64,000 bases of DNA from Bdellovibrionota bacterium (GCA_030828105.1 JAURDE010000001.1:14042-78041), one strand, 5' to 3'. Shown: positions 52,077-61,625, counted from the first letter of the stretch. Program-made: numbers and translations. The notes: generated by a model not told the origin, from the letters alone.

Positions 52077-52129
52077 AAAAACTCCTTATACCTATGAGTA
52101 GAAAGGTTTTGATATAGCTTGATAAATTT

Positions 52130-53050
52130 TTAACCTTTAACCACAAATCCCCATTCTATTGTAGCTCTTCCATTGACCAGCATTCCCTTTGGTGGGTTTG
52201 GGAAAGGTCCTGCTTTGTTAAAAGATTCTATAGCGGCATCATCGAGTTCTTGAACACCACTTGTGCTTTTTAAGAAAACTCCTACAATATTACCTTTAGA
52301 GTCGATGGTTACTTTTAAAGAAGTTATTTTAGCATCACTAGCAATTCTTCTTCTTTTCTTATAAAGAATTTTTGCCTTTTCTTGAAGAAGGCTTCCCCAG
52401 TGTTGTTCCAATTGCTGACGAATTCTGAAATAAAAGCCATAAAACTTAAACTCCGTAGTATTAAGTTTTGTAAAGTCGCCCAAAGGAACATTTTCTAGGT
52501 AATCATTATTACTTGATAACCCTTTCTTCGCTTCGTTTCCATTTTTGTGTCCTTTGGCGATAGACTCCGTTGGCCTTATATATTTTTCCATTTCAATGTC
52601 TTGAACTGCGTTTAGATCAGACAAAGAGGGATTTTTTGACTTTATTTTTGATAGTTTTTTAATTTTTTTAGAAGCTTTTTTTCCCTGAACTCCTTTAAGA
52701 CCATTTTTAATACCTTTACCGCCTTCATTAAAACTTTTAACTATCTTGGCCTTTGTTTGACGGTCATGGAGTTGAGTCTTTTTTCCTAAAAAAGACGTAT
52801 CTTGAGGAGGTTTCTTAAGCTTGCTTTTTTCACTATTTACAACCTGCTTTTTCTTAGAGTCTTTGAGAATAAGTCTAACCTTTTCTATTTTTTTCTTTTT
52901 TACAGTTTTATCAAGAGGTCTTTTTTCAAATTGGGTAAATAAAAAAATCGAGTGTATTAACAATGATAATAGAATGGGGAGGTAGGACTTTATGTTCTTT
53001 TTATTAAAATAAGAATGAATATTATGGATTAATTTAGTCAACCAATTCAC
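52130..53050 (-). CDS. TonB-family protein (N-terminal anchor, Lys-rich linker, TonB C-terminal domain)
   Basis: TM segment YLPILLSLLIHSIFLF, a long K-rich spacer, and a C-terminal VTIDSKGNIVGVFLKSTSGVQELDDAAIESFNKAGPFPNPP. It uses a GTG start with GAGGGGA SD. Confidence 0.6.
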   Translation of the reverse strand: MNWLTKLIHNIHSYFNKKNIKSYLPILLSLLIHSIFLFTQFEKRPLDKTVKKKKIEKVRLILKDSKKKQVVNSEKSKLKKPPQDTSFLGKKTQLHDRQTKAKIVKSFNEGGKGIKNGLKGVQGKKASKKIKKLSKIKSKNPSLSDLNAVQDIEMEKYIRPTESIAKGHKNGNEAKKGLSSNNDYLENVPLGDFTKLNTTEFKFYGFYFRIRQQLEQHWGSLLQEKAKILYKKRRRIASDAKITSLKVTIDSKGNIVGVFLKSTSGVQELDDAAIESFNKAGPFPNPPKGMLVNGRATIEWGFVVKG

Positions 53051-53137
53051 ACGATCCCCTCATTTCAAGGTTATCGGTTGATCTCATTGGGACTATAAGA
53101 GGGAGTTATATAAAAGGTGAAAGGGCCATATTAACCG

Positions 53138-55867
53138 CTATCTTTCACTATAGTAATCATCATCTTCGAGTATTTGATTGGAGGGAACGGGCTCTTCAGT
53201 TATTTCAGGGGCTTCGGCGCCTGGTTCAAACCCTTCCACAAAAGATTCTGTAAAGTTAAGTTGTCTTTCCCCTTGAGAGGCAGTTTTTCCAGTTTCTTTA
53301 TTTATTTGAATATTAGTTATACCAGCAGGCATTACAAAGTCTTGCTCACCATAAACAAGAAGAGCATTTTTCATATATTCCTTCCATATTGGTAAGGCAG
53401 ATTTAGCACCTGTTTCGGCCCATCCCAAAGTTTTATTATCATCAAATCCTGTCCAAACTCCCGTGACCACGTTTGGTGAAAAACCGATGAACCAGGCATC
53501 TACATAACTATTTGTAGTTCCCGTTTTCCCACCAATGAAATTACTTACTCTTCTGGCCCCTCTTCCTGTACCGTTTTGAATAGTTCCTTTGAGAAGGTTA
53601 CACATTATATATGAAAGTCGCTTATCATAAACTTGCTGTTCATCAAGGTTGACATGAAATGGATTTACATCAATGACCTCTTCTGTATCAACTTCTTTTG
53701 TCTCTTCTAAATCTGTCACACTTTCTTCGTCTTCTATGGCCTCATCATCTTTAACTATATTATTAACGCTGTAGCTTTTTCCATCTCTATCAACAACAGA
53801 AATAATTGCACGAGGTTTGATCATTTTTCCTCCTGCTGGAAATATTGCATATGTTGAAACAATATCTAACAATGAAACCCCAAAAGATCCGAGGGCCAAA
53901 CTAAGGTCCTCATCGAGTTTAGCATTAAAACCAATTCTTTTAGTAAAATCTAATATGGTCTCCACACCCAACTTTTCTGCAAGTTTGATAGTTGGCACAT
54001 TCCTACTTTGTTCTAGTGCATTTCTGTAGGTTATTGGTCCTTTAAAAATGCCATCATAATTTCTTGGTTTCCAATTTAACCTTTCATCTACGCCAGCTAA
54101 TGCCTCCGGGGCATCGAGAAGTATTGAAGCAGGTGTGTGACCATGCTCTAGGCCAACAGCAAAGAGTATAGGTTTAAAAGAGGAACCTGGCTGTCTTTTA
54201 GATTGAATAGCACGATTAAATTTAGAATCAATATAGTTTGTTCCACCAACTAATGAAAGGATCTCACCGGTTTCAGGTGATAAAGAAATCAAAGCGGCCT
54301 GAGCCTCTGGCTTTTGATCAAGGGTAGCATATAGATAGCTTTCATTTTTAAGAAGCTCAACCTTCTTTTGTAAACGCGTTGACTTACTAGTCGACAAGCT
54401 TTCCCTATAACTACTGTATATGTGTGGCCAAACACCTGTATTTTTTTTCTTTATATTGACTAAAATAACATCACCGGGTGAAACAATTGTTGAAGGCTTG
54501 GTTATATAAGGAAGTAAATTTTTCTTTTCACTAATCTCTCTTTCGTGCGCCCACTTAAATCCATCGTAACTTATTATTCCACTGACCCCACCTATACTAA
54601 AAAATATTAGTCTGGCCTTATCATTAACTTTTGTGACTATGGCCTCATAGCTTTCGTCAACTTTCAAGAAGCTAAGAAGCTGATCTTTTTCAATATTGCC
54701 AGAAAAGAAGTTTCTCAGATTAACAAGACTCTCAAACTCCATCCTTTTGTCTATAATACTTTGAAACTCTTCTTCATTCGGCTTGTATTGAAATTCTTTT
54801 TCTCCTCTGCCAACTAATAAAAAATATGTTGATTCATCATTGATTTTTGCAAATCTAGTTTTTTGCTCTTCTTCAGTGATTTTAAATAAATGATCAATTT
54901 TTCTTATCGGCCCTTTAAAGCCTTGCCTCTTATCTATTTCCTTAGCACCTAAAAAGACTTCCCTCTCAGCGATTTTTTGAAGTTCATAGTCTAAAGTCGT
55001 TTGAACTCTAAACCCTTCGGAAAGAAATTTCTCTTTACTTACTTCTTTAATAACTCTTTGAAGAACCCAGTCAGTAAAATAGCCTGCTTTAAAAAAAGAG
55101 GGTTTTCTTAGTGAGATTTTAATCTTTTCTTCTTTCGCAGAATTATATTCAGATTTTGTGATCTTACCAGTTTCTAGCATTCTTCCTAAAACATACATTT
55201 GTCTTTTTTTAGAGTATTCTGGATTTTTATAAGGAGAATAGCGCCCTGGCGCTACTAATAAACCCGCTATTAAAGCAGCTTCCGCAATTGTTGCTTCTTC
55301 TAGTTCTTTTTCAAAATATCCTCTGAAGGCGGTTTTAACTCCGTAATAACCTCCACCTAGGTAAACTTGATTAAGATAAAGGAATAAAATTTCTTTTTTT
55401 GTAAACTTTTTTTCTATTCGTTGCGCAAGCAAGAAATCTTTTATTTTTCTTGAAATAGATCTTTCTCGGCTTAATAGCAGAGATTTTGCCACTTGCTGAG
55501 TAATAGTACTTCCTCCCTGTACTACACGACCTGCTTTGATATTTTTTATCAAGGCCCTAAGTACTCCTAGATAATCAACTCCTTTGTGCTCATAGAAAGA
55601 ATCATCTTCAGCGGAAAGGAAGGCGTCAACTATTTGCTTAGGGATATCTTCAAAGGCTATAATTTCTCTTTTCTCAATACCTAATTCGGCCAAAACCGTT
55701 CCATCCTTTGCCAAGATTTGACTAGGGATAGAAGGTCTATAATCGGCAAGAGTTTGAATTTTAGGAAGATCCATTGAGAAGTAACCAATAATTGCACCAA
55801 TCATTAAAGTACCCAAAATGATTGAAATAAATAAGGTATAAAAAATCTTTGAAAACATTTTTTTCAT
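53138..55867 (-). CDS. mrcA: penicillin-binding protein 1A (class A; glycosyltransferase + transpeptidase)
   Basis: GT51 motifs (EDDSFYEHKGVD, GGSTITQQVAK, RKIKDFLLA) and transpeptidase motifs (SSFKP, SRN, KTGTT). It has an N-terminal TM anchor. Confidence 0.9.
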   Translation of the reverse strand: MKKMFSKIFYTLFISIILGTLMIGAIIGYFSMDLPKIQTLADYRPSIPSQILAKDGTVLAELGIEKREIIAFEDIPKQIVDAFLSAEDDSFYEHKGVDYLGVLRALIKNIKAGRVVQGGSTITQQVAKSLLLSRERSISRKIKDFLLAQRIEKKFTKKEILFLYLNQVYLGGGYYGVKTAFRGYFEKELEEATIAEAALIAGLLVAPGRYSPYKNPEYSKKRQMYVLGRMLETGKITKSEYNSAKEEKIKISLRKPSFFKAGYFTDWVLQRVIKEVSKEKFLSEGFRVQTTLDYELQKIAEREVFLGAKEIDKRQGFKGPIRKIDHLFKITEEEQKTRFAKINDESTYFLLVGRGEKEFQYKPNEEEFQSIIDKRMEFESLVNLRNFFSGNIEKDQLLSFLKVDESYEAIVTKVNDKARLIFFSIGGVSGIISYDGFKWAHEREISEKKNLLPYITKPSTIVSPGDVILVNIKKKNTGVWPHIYSSYRESLSTSKSTRLQKKVELLKNESYLYATLDQKPEAQAALISLSPETGEILSLVGGTNYIDSKFNRAIQSKRQPGSSFKPILFAVGLEHGHTPASILLDAPEALAGVDERLNWKPRNYDGIFKGPITYRNALEQSRNVPTIKLAEKLGVETILDFTKRIGFNAKLDEDLSLALGSFGVSLLDIVSTYAIFPAGGKMIKPRAIISVVDRDGKSYSVNNIVKDDEAIEDEESVTDLEETKEVDTEEVIDVNPFHVNLDEQQVYDKRLSYIMCNLLKGTIQNGTGRGARRVSNFIGGKTGTTNSYVDAWFIGFSPNVVTGVWTGFDDNKTLGWAETGAKSALPIWKEYMKNALLVYGEQDFVMPAGITNIQINKETGKTASQGERQLNFTESFVEGFEPGAEAPEITEEPVPSNQILEDDDYYSER

Positions 55868-55871
55868 ATAA

Positions 55872-56846
55872 TTATTCTTTCTCGTGATTCTTATTCCATT
55901 GTTTTACCATACGTGCAATATCATTAACAAATAGAGCACTTTGCTTTTCTGCTTCTTTCATATAAGGCATAGGGTCATTATACGAATCCAATCCAAACCC
56001 TTTACTACTTAAGCTAAAAATATACTCGTTTCTTATGCTCTTCTCTTTTTTTAACTTCGAAGAGACTTTGGAAAACAAGCCTAAAAGTTGTTCATCTGGT
56101 CTATCAAAACTTATATCTTCATTGATGACATCAATCCCGATGAGTAAATTAACACCTATTTTGTAAAAAAATTTATGACTAAAAAAGTTAGTTTTATTAA
56201 CTATATTTTTCGAGGTTACCTCATGACTAAATCTTTTTAGATGACCTATTATAATATCTCTTAAGTTTCCACTCCCATAAAGGCCATTAACTTTCCTGCT
56301 CGATGGTAGATATGTCGTAATTTGCAACTCTTGTAATGTTTTAATTTTAATATGTGAAATTACCGTCCTATCTAATATCTTTAACCAGGTAGAAGAGAAT
56401 ACTTTCTCTCCTCTAGCTTCATTAAAGAACTTATAAAAAAGCCATTCCATTTTTTGAGGTGTTACTCCACTAGCATACAAAACTGCTATCAAAGCCCCCA
56501 GTCCATGCCCGGAAACAAGGTGTACTTTAACCCCTCTCCTATTGAGATGTTTTAAAAAAATCACATGAGCAATAGCTTTATGTAAACCTGGCCCAAAAAC
56601 GAGACCAACGATAGGAACTTTTTTTTCTTGAAGAGTTTCTTGAGCCTCTTGTTCAATAGTTGGATATGGCCCCATTGAATCCTCCCCAATTTCTGTAGCT
56701 TTAATTTTAGGGTTAGCATAAATCTTAGGGGTATCTAAGGTTACCGTATTGAATTCTGTATCTAATTTATCTGATTGAACAATCTCATCTTTAGAATAAA
56801 AACGTGAACAGCCAAAGAAAATAATAAATATAAATAAAAGCTTCAA
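55872..56846 (-). CDS. patatin-like lipoprotein lacking the catalytic Ser-Asp dyad (probable pseudoenzyme)
   Basis: Lipobox IFFGC. The segment GLVFGPGLHKAIAHVIFLKHLNRRGVKVHLVSGHGLGALIAVLYASG aligns by eye with the patatin GGGxRG...GxSxG block. Here GxSxG reads GHGLG, and no DG[AG] motif is found. Confidence 0.5.
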   Translation of the reverse strand: MKLLFIFIIFFGCSRFYSKDEIVQSDKLDTEFNTVTLDTPKIYANPKIKATEIGEDSMGPYPTIEQEAQETLQEKKVPIVGLVFGPGLHKAIAHVIFLKHLNRRGVKVHLVSGHGLGALIAVLYASGVTPQKMEWLFYKFFNEARGEKVFSSTWLKILDRTVISHIKIKTLQELQITTYLPSSRKVNGLYGSGNLRDIIIGHLKRFSHEVTSKNIVNKTNFFSHKFFYKIGVNLLIGIDVINEDISFDRPDEQLLGLFSKVSSKLKKEKSIRNEYIFSLSSKGFGLDSYNDPMPYMKEAEKQSALFVNDIARMVKQWNKNHEKE

Positions 56847-56849
56847 ACT

Positions 56850-57107
56850 TTAATCCAAGTCTTCTTCTTTTAAATCTTTACTTAGCTTTGTGATCTTTTT
56901 TTCGGCCTGATCCAATACTTTTTTACATTTTTTATAGAGATCCATACCTTGTTCAAACTCTTTGAGGCTTTTCTCTAAGGAGAGCTCACCAGACTCAAGT
57001 TTCTCAACAATTCCCTCAAGTTTCTCAAGAGACTTTTCAAAATCTATATCGCTTTTTTTCAATATTCCTCCAGATATGTCATAAAATTGACCCTGCAGCA
57101 AGGTCAA
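56850..57107 (-). CDS. xseB: exodeoxyribonuclease VII small subunit
   Basis: 85 aa with FEKSLEKLEGIVEKLESGELSLEKSLKEFEQGMDLYKKC. It uses a TTG start. Confidence 0.8.
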   Translation of the reverse strand: MTLLQGQFYDISGGILKKSDIDFEKSLEKLEGIVEKLESGELSLEKSLKEFEQGMDLYKKCKKVLDQAEKKITKLSKDLKEEDLD

Positions 57108-57192
57108 GTACCTGATTATAGCAAAAACATGGGCTAGATTACATTAACTAACCCCTTGTTTCCATGGATAAATTTTCCTCGTGTAGAGTTTT

Positions 57193-57208
57193 TGGCACAT
57201 CGCTTGAT
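57193..57208 (+). promoter_or_regulatory. sigma-54-type (-24/-12) promoter upstream of flgF
   Basis: TGGCAC (57193-57198) is followed by 5 nt and TTGA (57204-57207), against the consensus TGGCAC-N5-TTGC. The spacing is exact and only the -12 C is replaced by A. It lies 35 nt upstream of the flgF start. Confidence 0.45.
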
Positions 57209-57242
57209 ATATTTTACCTAGGAAACTCACGCAGGAGGGTTC

Positions 57243-58076
57243 TTGAAAGAATTATGGGTACCACTTTCTGGCGCTTTGGCACAACAAAGGAATGTTGAAA
57301 CTATCGCCAATAATGTGGCCAACGCTAATACAGCAGGATTTAAGAAGGATCTTCTTACATTTAAGGAGCACCTTACTCAATTCGAAAAAGGCTATTCTGA
57401 AGACATAAACTTACCCCATAAAGAATGGGCCCCGGAAGATTTTTATAAAAGTTATGGGGCCGAGCATGGGTTTGTTAAAGTAGATGGTAGTTATACAAAC
57501 TTCGAGCAAGGTCAACTTGTACCCACAGGAGCGCCTCTCGATCTAGCGATTAATGGTAAGGGGTTCTTTGAAGTTTTAACTCCAAATGGAATAAGATACA
57601 CAAGGAGAGGAACCTTTAGCCTTGATGGAGAGGGTTTTTTAAAGACTAATGATGGTTATTTAGTTTTATCAAAGCTAGAGATACCGGAAAGTAATGAAGG
57701 TTCATCTCAAATACTCCCACAACCCAATGAACGAGGTATAAATATTGGTCAAGATGGAAAACTCGTAATCAATAATCAGGGGGAAGTATTTAAGAATGGC
57801 CAAAAAATTTCTGAATTATCAATTAAAGAGTTTAAAGATATACAGGCGTTAAAAAAAGAAGGGAACTCATTTTTTATAAATGATGATAACGATAATATTT
57901 CAACACAAGCAAACTCTTTGGTTTATCAAGGTCATGTAGAGCAAAGTAATGTAAATGCTGTTCAAGAAATGACTAACTTAATACGTGCAAATAGACATTT
58001 CGAATCTATACAAAAAGCTATTAAGACATATGACTCAATGGCAGGAAGATCGTTAACAGAACTATCTAAGTTTTAG
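57243..58076 (+). CDS. flgF: flagellar basal-body rod protein FlgF
   Basis: N-terminal rod motif (ETIANNVANANTAGFKKD) and a C-terminal VEQSNVNAVQEMTNLIRANRHFE. The TTG start is preceded by AGGAGGG. Confidence 0.85.
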   Translation: MKELWVPLSGALAQQRNVETIANNVANANTAGFKKDLLTFKEHLTQFEKGYSEDINLPHKEWAPEDFYKSYGAEHGFVKVDGSYTNFEQGQLVPTGAPLDLAINGKGFFEVLTPNGIRYTRRGTFSLDGEGFLKTNDGYLVLSKLEIPESNEGSSQILPQPNERGINIGQDGKLVINNQGEVFKNGQKISELSIKEFKDIQALKKEGNSFFINDDNDNISTQANSLVYQGHVEQSNVNAVQEMTNLIRANRHFESIQKAIKTYDSMAGRSLTELSKF

Positions 58077-58092
58077 ATCCAGGAGGGATCTT

Positions 58093-58938
58093 ATGAAAAT
58101 TATTTATTTTATACTACCTTTAGGTTTATGGGTAATGAATGATGCTTCCTCAATGATTCGTGCTCTTAATACGGCAGCTAATGGGATGGCATCACAAGAA
58201 ACCGAAGTTAATACTATTTCGAATAATATAGCTAACCTTAATACAAATGGCTTCAAAAAAGGTAGAGCTGAAACAGAGGATCTCTTATACCAAACCATTG
58301 AAGAGGCTGGTGGCAGAACAAGCGCCGACACTGTTAAAAATGTTGGTGTGCAAATTGGAACAGGCTCAAGGGTTAGTGCTGTTAAAAGAAACTTTTCTCA
58401 AGGTGATCCTAAGATGACTAATAACCCATTTGATCTAATGATAAATGGATCTGGTTTTTTTGCCATTACACTTCCCAACGGTCAATTAAGATATACAAGA
58501 GACGGAGCATTTAGTGTTAACTCTAATGGTATTATTGTTAACCGCAATGGTTATCCATTAGCTCCTGGCTTTAACATACCTCCTGGTACTAAATCTGTTA
58601 ATATTACTGACGATGGCACTGTTGAGGTATTTTTCACTAATCAAGTAGAGCCTCAAAATTTAGGTCAAATTCCCGTATTTACCTTTATTAACCCTCCTGG
58701 ACTTCAAGGTGAAGGAGGAAATCTTTATAGGCCTTCGACGGCCAGTGGTGCTCCCATTCAAAATATTGCTGGTCAAAGCAATGCTGGGAATATTCAACAA
58801 GGGGCCCTTGAGTCCTCAAATGTGAACATTATGGTTGAAATGACAGACCTCATTCGAGCTCAAAGAGCATATGAAATGAATTCCAAAGTAATGGGAGTCG
58901 CAGATAAAATGCTACAAACGGTGAATAGCTTAAAATGA
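58093..58938 (+). CDS. flgG: flagellar basal-body rod protein FlgG (distal rod)
   Basis: Motifs MIRALNTAANGMASQETEVNTISNNIANLNTNGFKK and LESSNVNIMVEMTDLIRAQRAYE. Homology begins at ATG 58153, but the strong SD (AGGAGGG) serves ATG 58093 (see finding). Confidence 0.9.
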   Translation: MKIIYFILPLGLWVMNDASSMIRALNTAANGMASQETEVNTISNNIANLNTNGFKKGRAETEDLLYQTIEEAGGRTSADTVKNVGVQIGTGSRVSAVKRNFSQGDPKMTNNPFDLMINGSGFFAITLPNGQLRYTRDGAFSVNSNGIIVNRNGYPLAPGFNIPPGTKSVNITDDGTVEVFFTNQVEPQNLGQIPVFTFINPPGLQGEGGNLYRPSTASGAPIQNIAGQSNAGNIQQGALESSNVNIMVEMTDLIRAQRAYEMNSKVMGVADKMLQTVNSLK

Positions 58939-59819
58939 TTAAATACATAATTTTTTCATCATTCTTAATTCTAAGTCTAGCCTCACAAGCTTGTGAGATT
59001 AAAACCTATGACAGACTCATCACTAATCGTGACCAAATCAATACCAAGAAAAACTCGTTAATAAAGGAAACAAGCTGCCCCAAGAAAGTATTGGAAAAGT
59101 TTATTAGTCTAGTTCAAGAAGTAAGTGGAACAATAGATGATAATAAAATCAATTCAATCCTTAGTGAGGAAGGGCTAACTGAGTATATTAGTATTCGTCC
59201 AAAAAAGATTGAGATTATCCCTCTATCATTTTTCCTTCGAAAAAATATAAAGATTAAAAACCAAGATATTTTATTTGATAATATACAAGTTTTAGATCGA
59301 AGTTTTGGATTTGGGCTTGATCACGGTGAAAAATACAATATTCAATGTAGTAACTGCGAACTACCAGGATTAAAAAATATATCTCTTATATTCAAAAGTA
59401 CTCAGCCACTATGGCTTACTGCTCAGTTGAAGTTTAAGGTATCCGCTTTAGTGGCTACAACAAATATATCTCCATCTATGCGTCCTTTAGACAAAGGCCA
59501 AGTTGAATTAAGAGATATCTTTGTATCTCATCCCAACAATTATTTTACAGATTTAAAACTAATTAGGTTTTATAGGCCCTCGAGACCAATAGTGAAAAGC
59601 GCACCACTTAATATTAACGATGTTACAAAAGTTGACCTTGTTAGAATTGGAAGACCAACTTCAATTATTTTAGATGGCAGTGGATTTTTCATTTCATCTA
59701 CAGGGATTCCGATGAATAACGGTAAATTATATCAAAGCATAAAAATTAAAAATACAAAAACTAATAAAGTCGTTACTGCAGAAGTAGTTGACTTTAATAA
59801 GGTGAAAATAAAATTATGA
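58935..59819 (+). CDS. flgA: flagellar P-ring assembly chaperone FlgA
   Basis: Signal peptide, and a C-terminal SAF/FlgA-type segment (VRIGRPTSIILDGSGFFISSTGIPMNNGKLYQSIKIKNTKTNKVVTAEV). It lies between flgG and flgH. Confidence 0.7.
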   Translation: MIKYIIFSSFLILSLASQACEIKTYDRLITNRDQINTKKNSLIKETSCPKKVLEKFISLVQEVSGTIDDNKINSILSEEGLTEYISIRPKKIEIIPLSFFLRKNIKIKNQDILFDNIQVLDRSFGFGLDHGEKYNIQCSNCELPGLKNISLIFKSTQPLWLTAQLKFKVSALVATTNISPSMRPLDKGQVELRDIFVSHPNNYFTDLKLIRFYRPSRPIVKSAPLNINDVTKVDLVRIGRPTSIILDGSGFFISSTGIPMNNGKLYQSIKIKNTKTNKVVTAEVVDFNKVKIKL

Positions 59820-60526
59820 AAAATTTTATCCTTACGATCTTTCTATTTTCTTTCTATGGATGCGCATCTTATATAAATGAAATGCATAGAGATTTAGATC
59901 GCCAAGAAAACATACTTAGACCAAGACCTAATATAAATACATTTGATCAATACCGTAGAGAAAATAAAGCCTCTGGAAGGACTAGCCTCACTTCTAAATA
60001 TGTCAAAAACCTAAAACCTTCAGTTAAGAGGAAGTATGTTCCTAAATCAAGGGCCAAGGCTGAAGATTTATATGACAATGAAAAAGTAGGAAGTTTATGG
60101 TCTGGCTCAGGTAATGACAGCTACCTTTTCACAAAAAACACCGAAAAAAAGCTCGGGGATATTATTATTATAGATGTATTTAAAAAGTTTAAAGATGAGA
60201 TTGTCTTGGAGTTAAAAAGGGCCTTTCCTGACCCTGCTAAAGAAGCAAAGAGCAAAGACAAAGATAATACGGCCACCCCCACTACTCCACCAGCAACTGG
60301 AGCGAGTGAAAAGGATAACTCTAAGTCTGTAGATAGAATCTCATCTGTTATTATCGAAGAGATTAATCAGGACCATCTATTATTAAGAGGCAGAAAGTCC
60401 TTATTATACAAACGAAGAAAAAGGCTTTTGGAAATACAAGTCCTTGTTGCTAGAAAAGATATATCTGATGACGATAGTGTTTCTTCCAATAAGATTTTAG
60501 AATCTAGTGTTCATGTATTGAGGTGA
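59816..60526 (+). CDS. flgH: flagellar L-ring lipoprotein FlgH
   Basis: Lipobox SFYGC|AS, then GSLWSGSGNDSYLFTKNTEKKLGDIIIIDV. Confidence 0.85.
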   Translation: MKNFILTIFLFSFYGCASYINEMHRDLDRQENILRPRPNINTFDQYRRENKASGRTSLTSKYVKNLKPSVKRKYVPKSRAKAEDLYDNEKVGSLWSGSGNDSYLFTKNTEKKLGDIIIIDVFKKFKDEIVLELKRAFPDPAKEAKSKDKDNTATPTTPPATGASEKDNSKSVDRISSVIIEEINQDHLLLRGRKSLLYKRRKRLLEIQVLVARKDISDDDSVSSNKILESSVHVLR

Positions 60527-61539
60527 AAATGAAAATTATTATAATATTAACCTTAACATTTTTCTCTTTTAATTCTTATGCAAGCTCTTCAAAGCTTAAA
60601 GATTTAGTTACAGTTAAAGGAGTAAGAGAAAATCCTATTATAGGTTATGGTCTTGTTATTGGGCTTAATGGAACGGGAGATAGCGGTGGTGAAATCACTA
60701 ATAACTCATTGAAAAGAATGTTTCAAAAGCTAGGTCTTAACCCTCAGAATGAAGTCAGCTCTAAGAACGTTGCTGCTGTTATTGTTACTTCTAAAATGGG
60801 CGCATTTGCTAGAATTGGTCAAAAGCTAGATATTAATGTTTCATCCATAGGGGATGCTGCTTCCCTCGCAGGCGGTACTCTACTTGTAACGCCACTGAAA
60901 GGTGGTGATGGAAATATATATGCCGTAGCTTCAGGGCAACTCTCTATTGGGGGGCTTAAGAGTGGGGCAAAATTTGCCACCGGAGCAACAATACCAAATG
61001 GAGCAATTGTTGAAAGAGAAGTTGAACTTAATTTTGATAGGAAAAAGTCATTACGTCTAAGTTTAAAAAACCCAGATTTTACAACAGCGGCAAGGATAGA
61101 AAGAACTCTCAATGAAGAGCTTGGTGGTAAATTTGCAATTTCAAGAGATGCAACTACAGTTGATCTTATAGTACCGATGCACTACCAACGTAAAGTAGTT
61201 CAATTGATGGCCATTATCGAAAACTTTGACGTTGTCCAAGATGTAAAAGCGAAAATTGTAATCAATGAGAGGACTGGAACCATTGTAGCCGGTGGAAATG
61301 TTATGTTACGGCCAGCGGCTATTAGCCATGGTGATCTTAGTATTCAGATAGGTGGTGAAGGCAATCAGGCAGAAGGAGAGGGCGCCCCAAAGAGGCTTTA
61401 TTTTATGGATAATAAAGCAAAGCTTAATGACGTCGTAAAGGCATTAAATGCCCTTGGTGCTTCTCCAGAAGACCTGATTTCCATTTTTCAAACCCTTAAA
61501 AGGAATGGATCTCTCGTTGGGGATATAGAATTGTTATAA
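60523..61539 (+). CDS. flgI: flagellar P-ring protein FlgI
   Basis: Signal peptide, then KLKDLVTVKGVRENPIIGYGLVIGLNGTGD. Confidence 0.9.
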   Translation: MKMKIIIILTLTFFSFNSYASSSKLKDLVTVKGVRENPIIGYGLVIGLNGTGDSGGEITNNSLKRMFQKLGLNPQNEVSSKNVAAVIVTSKMGAFARIGQKLDINVSSIGDAASLAGGTLLVTPLKGGDGNIYAVASGQLSIGGLKSGAKFATGATIPNGAIVEREVELNFDRKKSLRLSLKNPDFTTAARIERTLNEELGGKFAISRDATTVDLIVPMHYQRKVVQLMAIIENFDVVQDVKAKIVINERTGTIVAGGNVMLRPAAISHGDLSIQIGGEGNQAEGEGAPKRLYFMDNKAKLNDVVKALNALGASPEDLISIFQTLKRNGSLVGDIELL

Positions 61540-61625
61540 ATTTTACATCATATGTAAAATTATAGAGAGTAATGATAAAATAGTGGAAAGGGACATGATG
61601 CCCCTTTTATGACCATGGAAGGACT

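Noticed and set aside
61555-61585. Sigma-28-like promoter upstream of the flgJ-like gene (TAAA ... GATAA).
   Set aside because: The spacer between TAAA and the GATAA core is about 3 nt shorter than the TAAA-N15-GCCGATAA consensus. The GCC/CGA part of the -10 is also missing.
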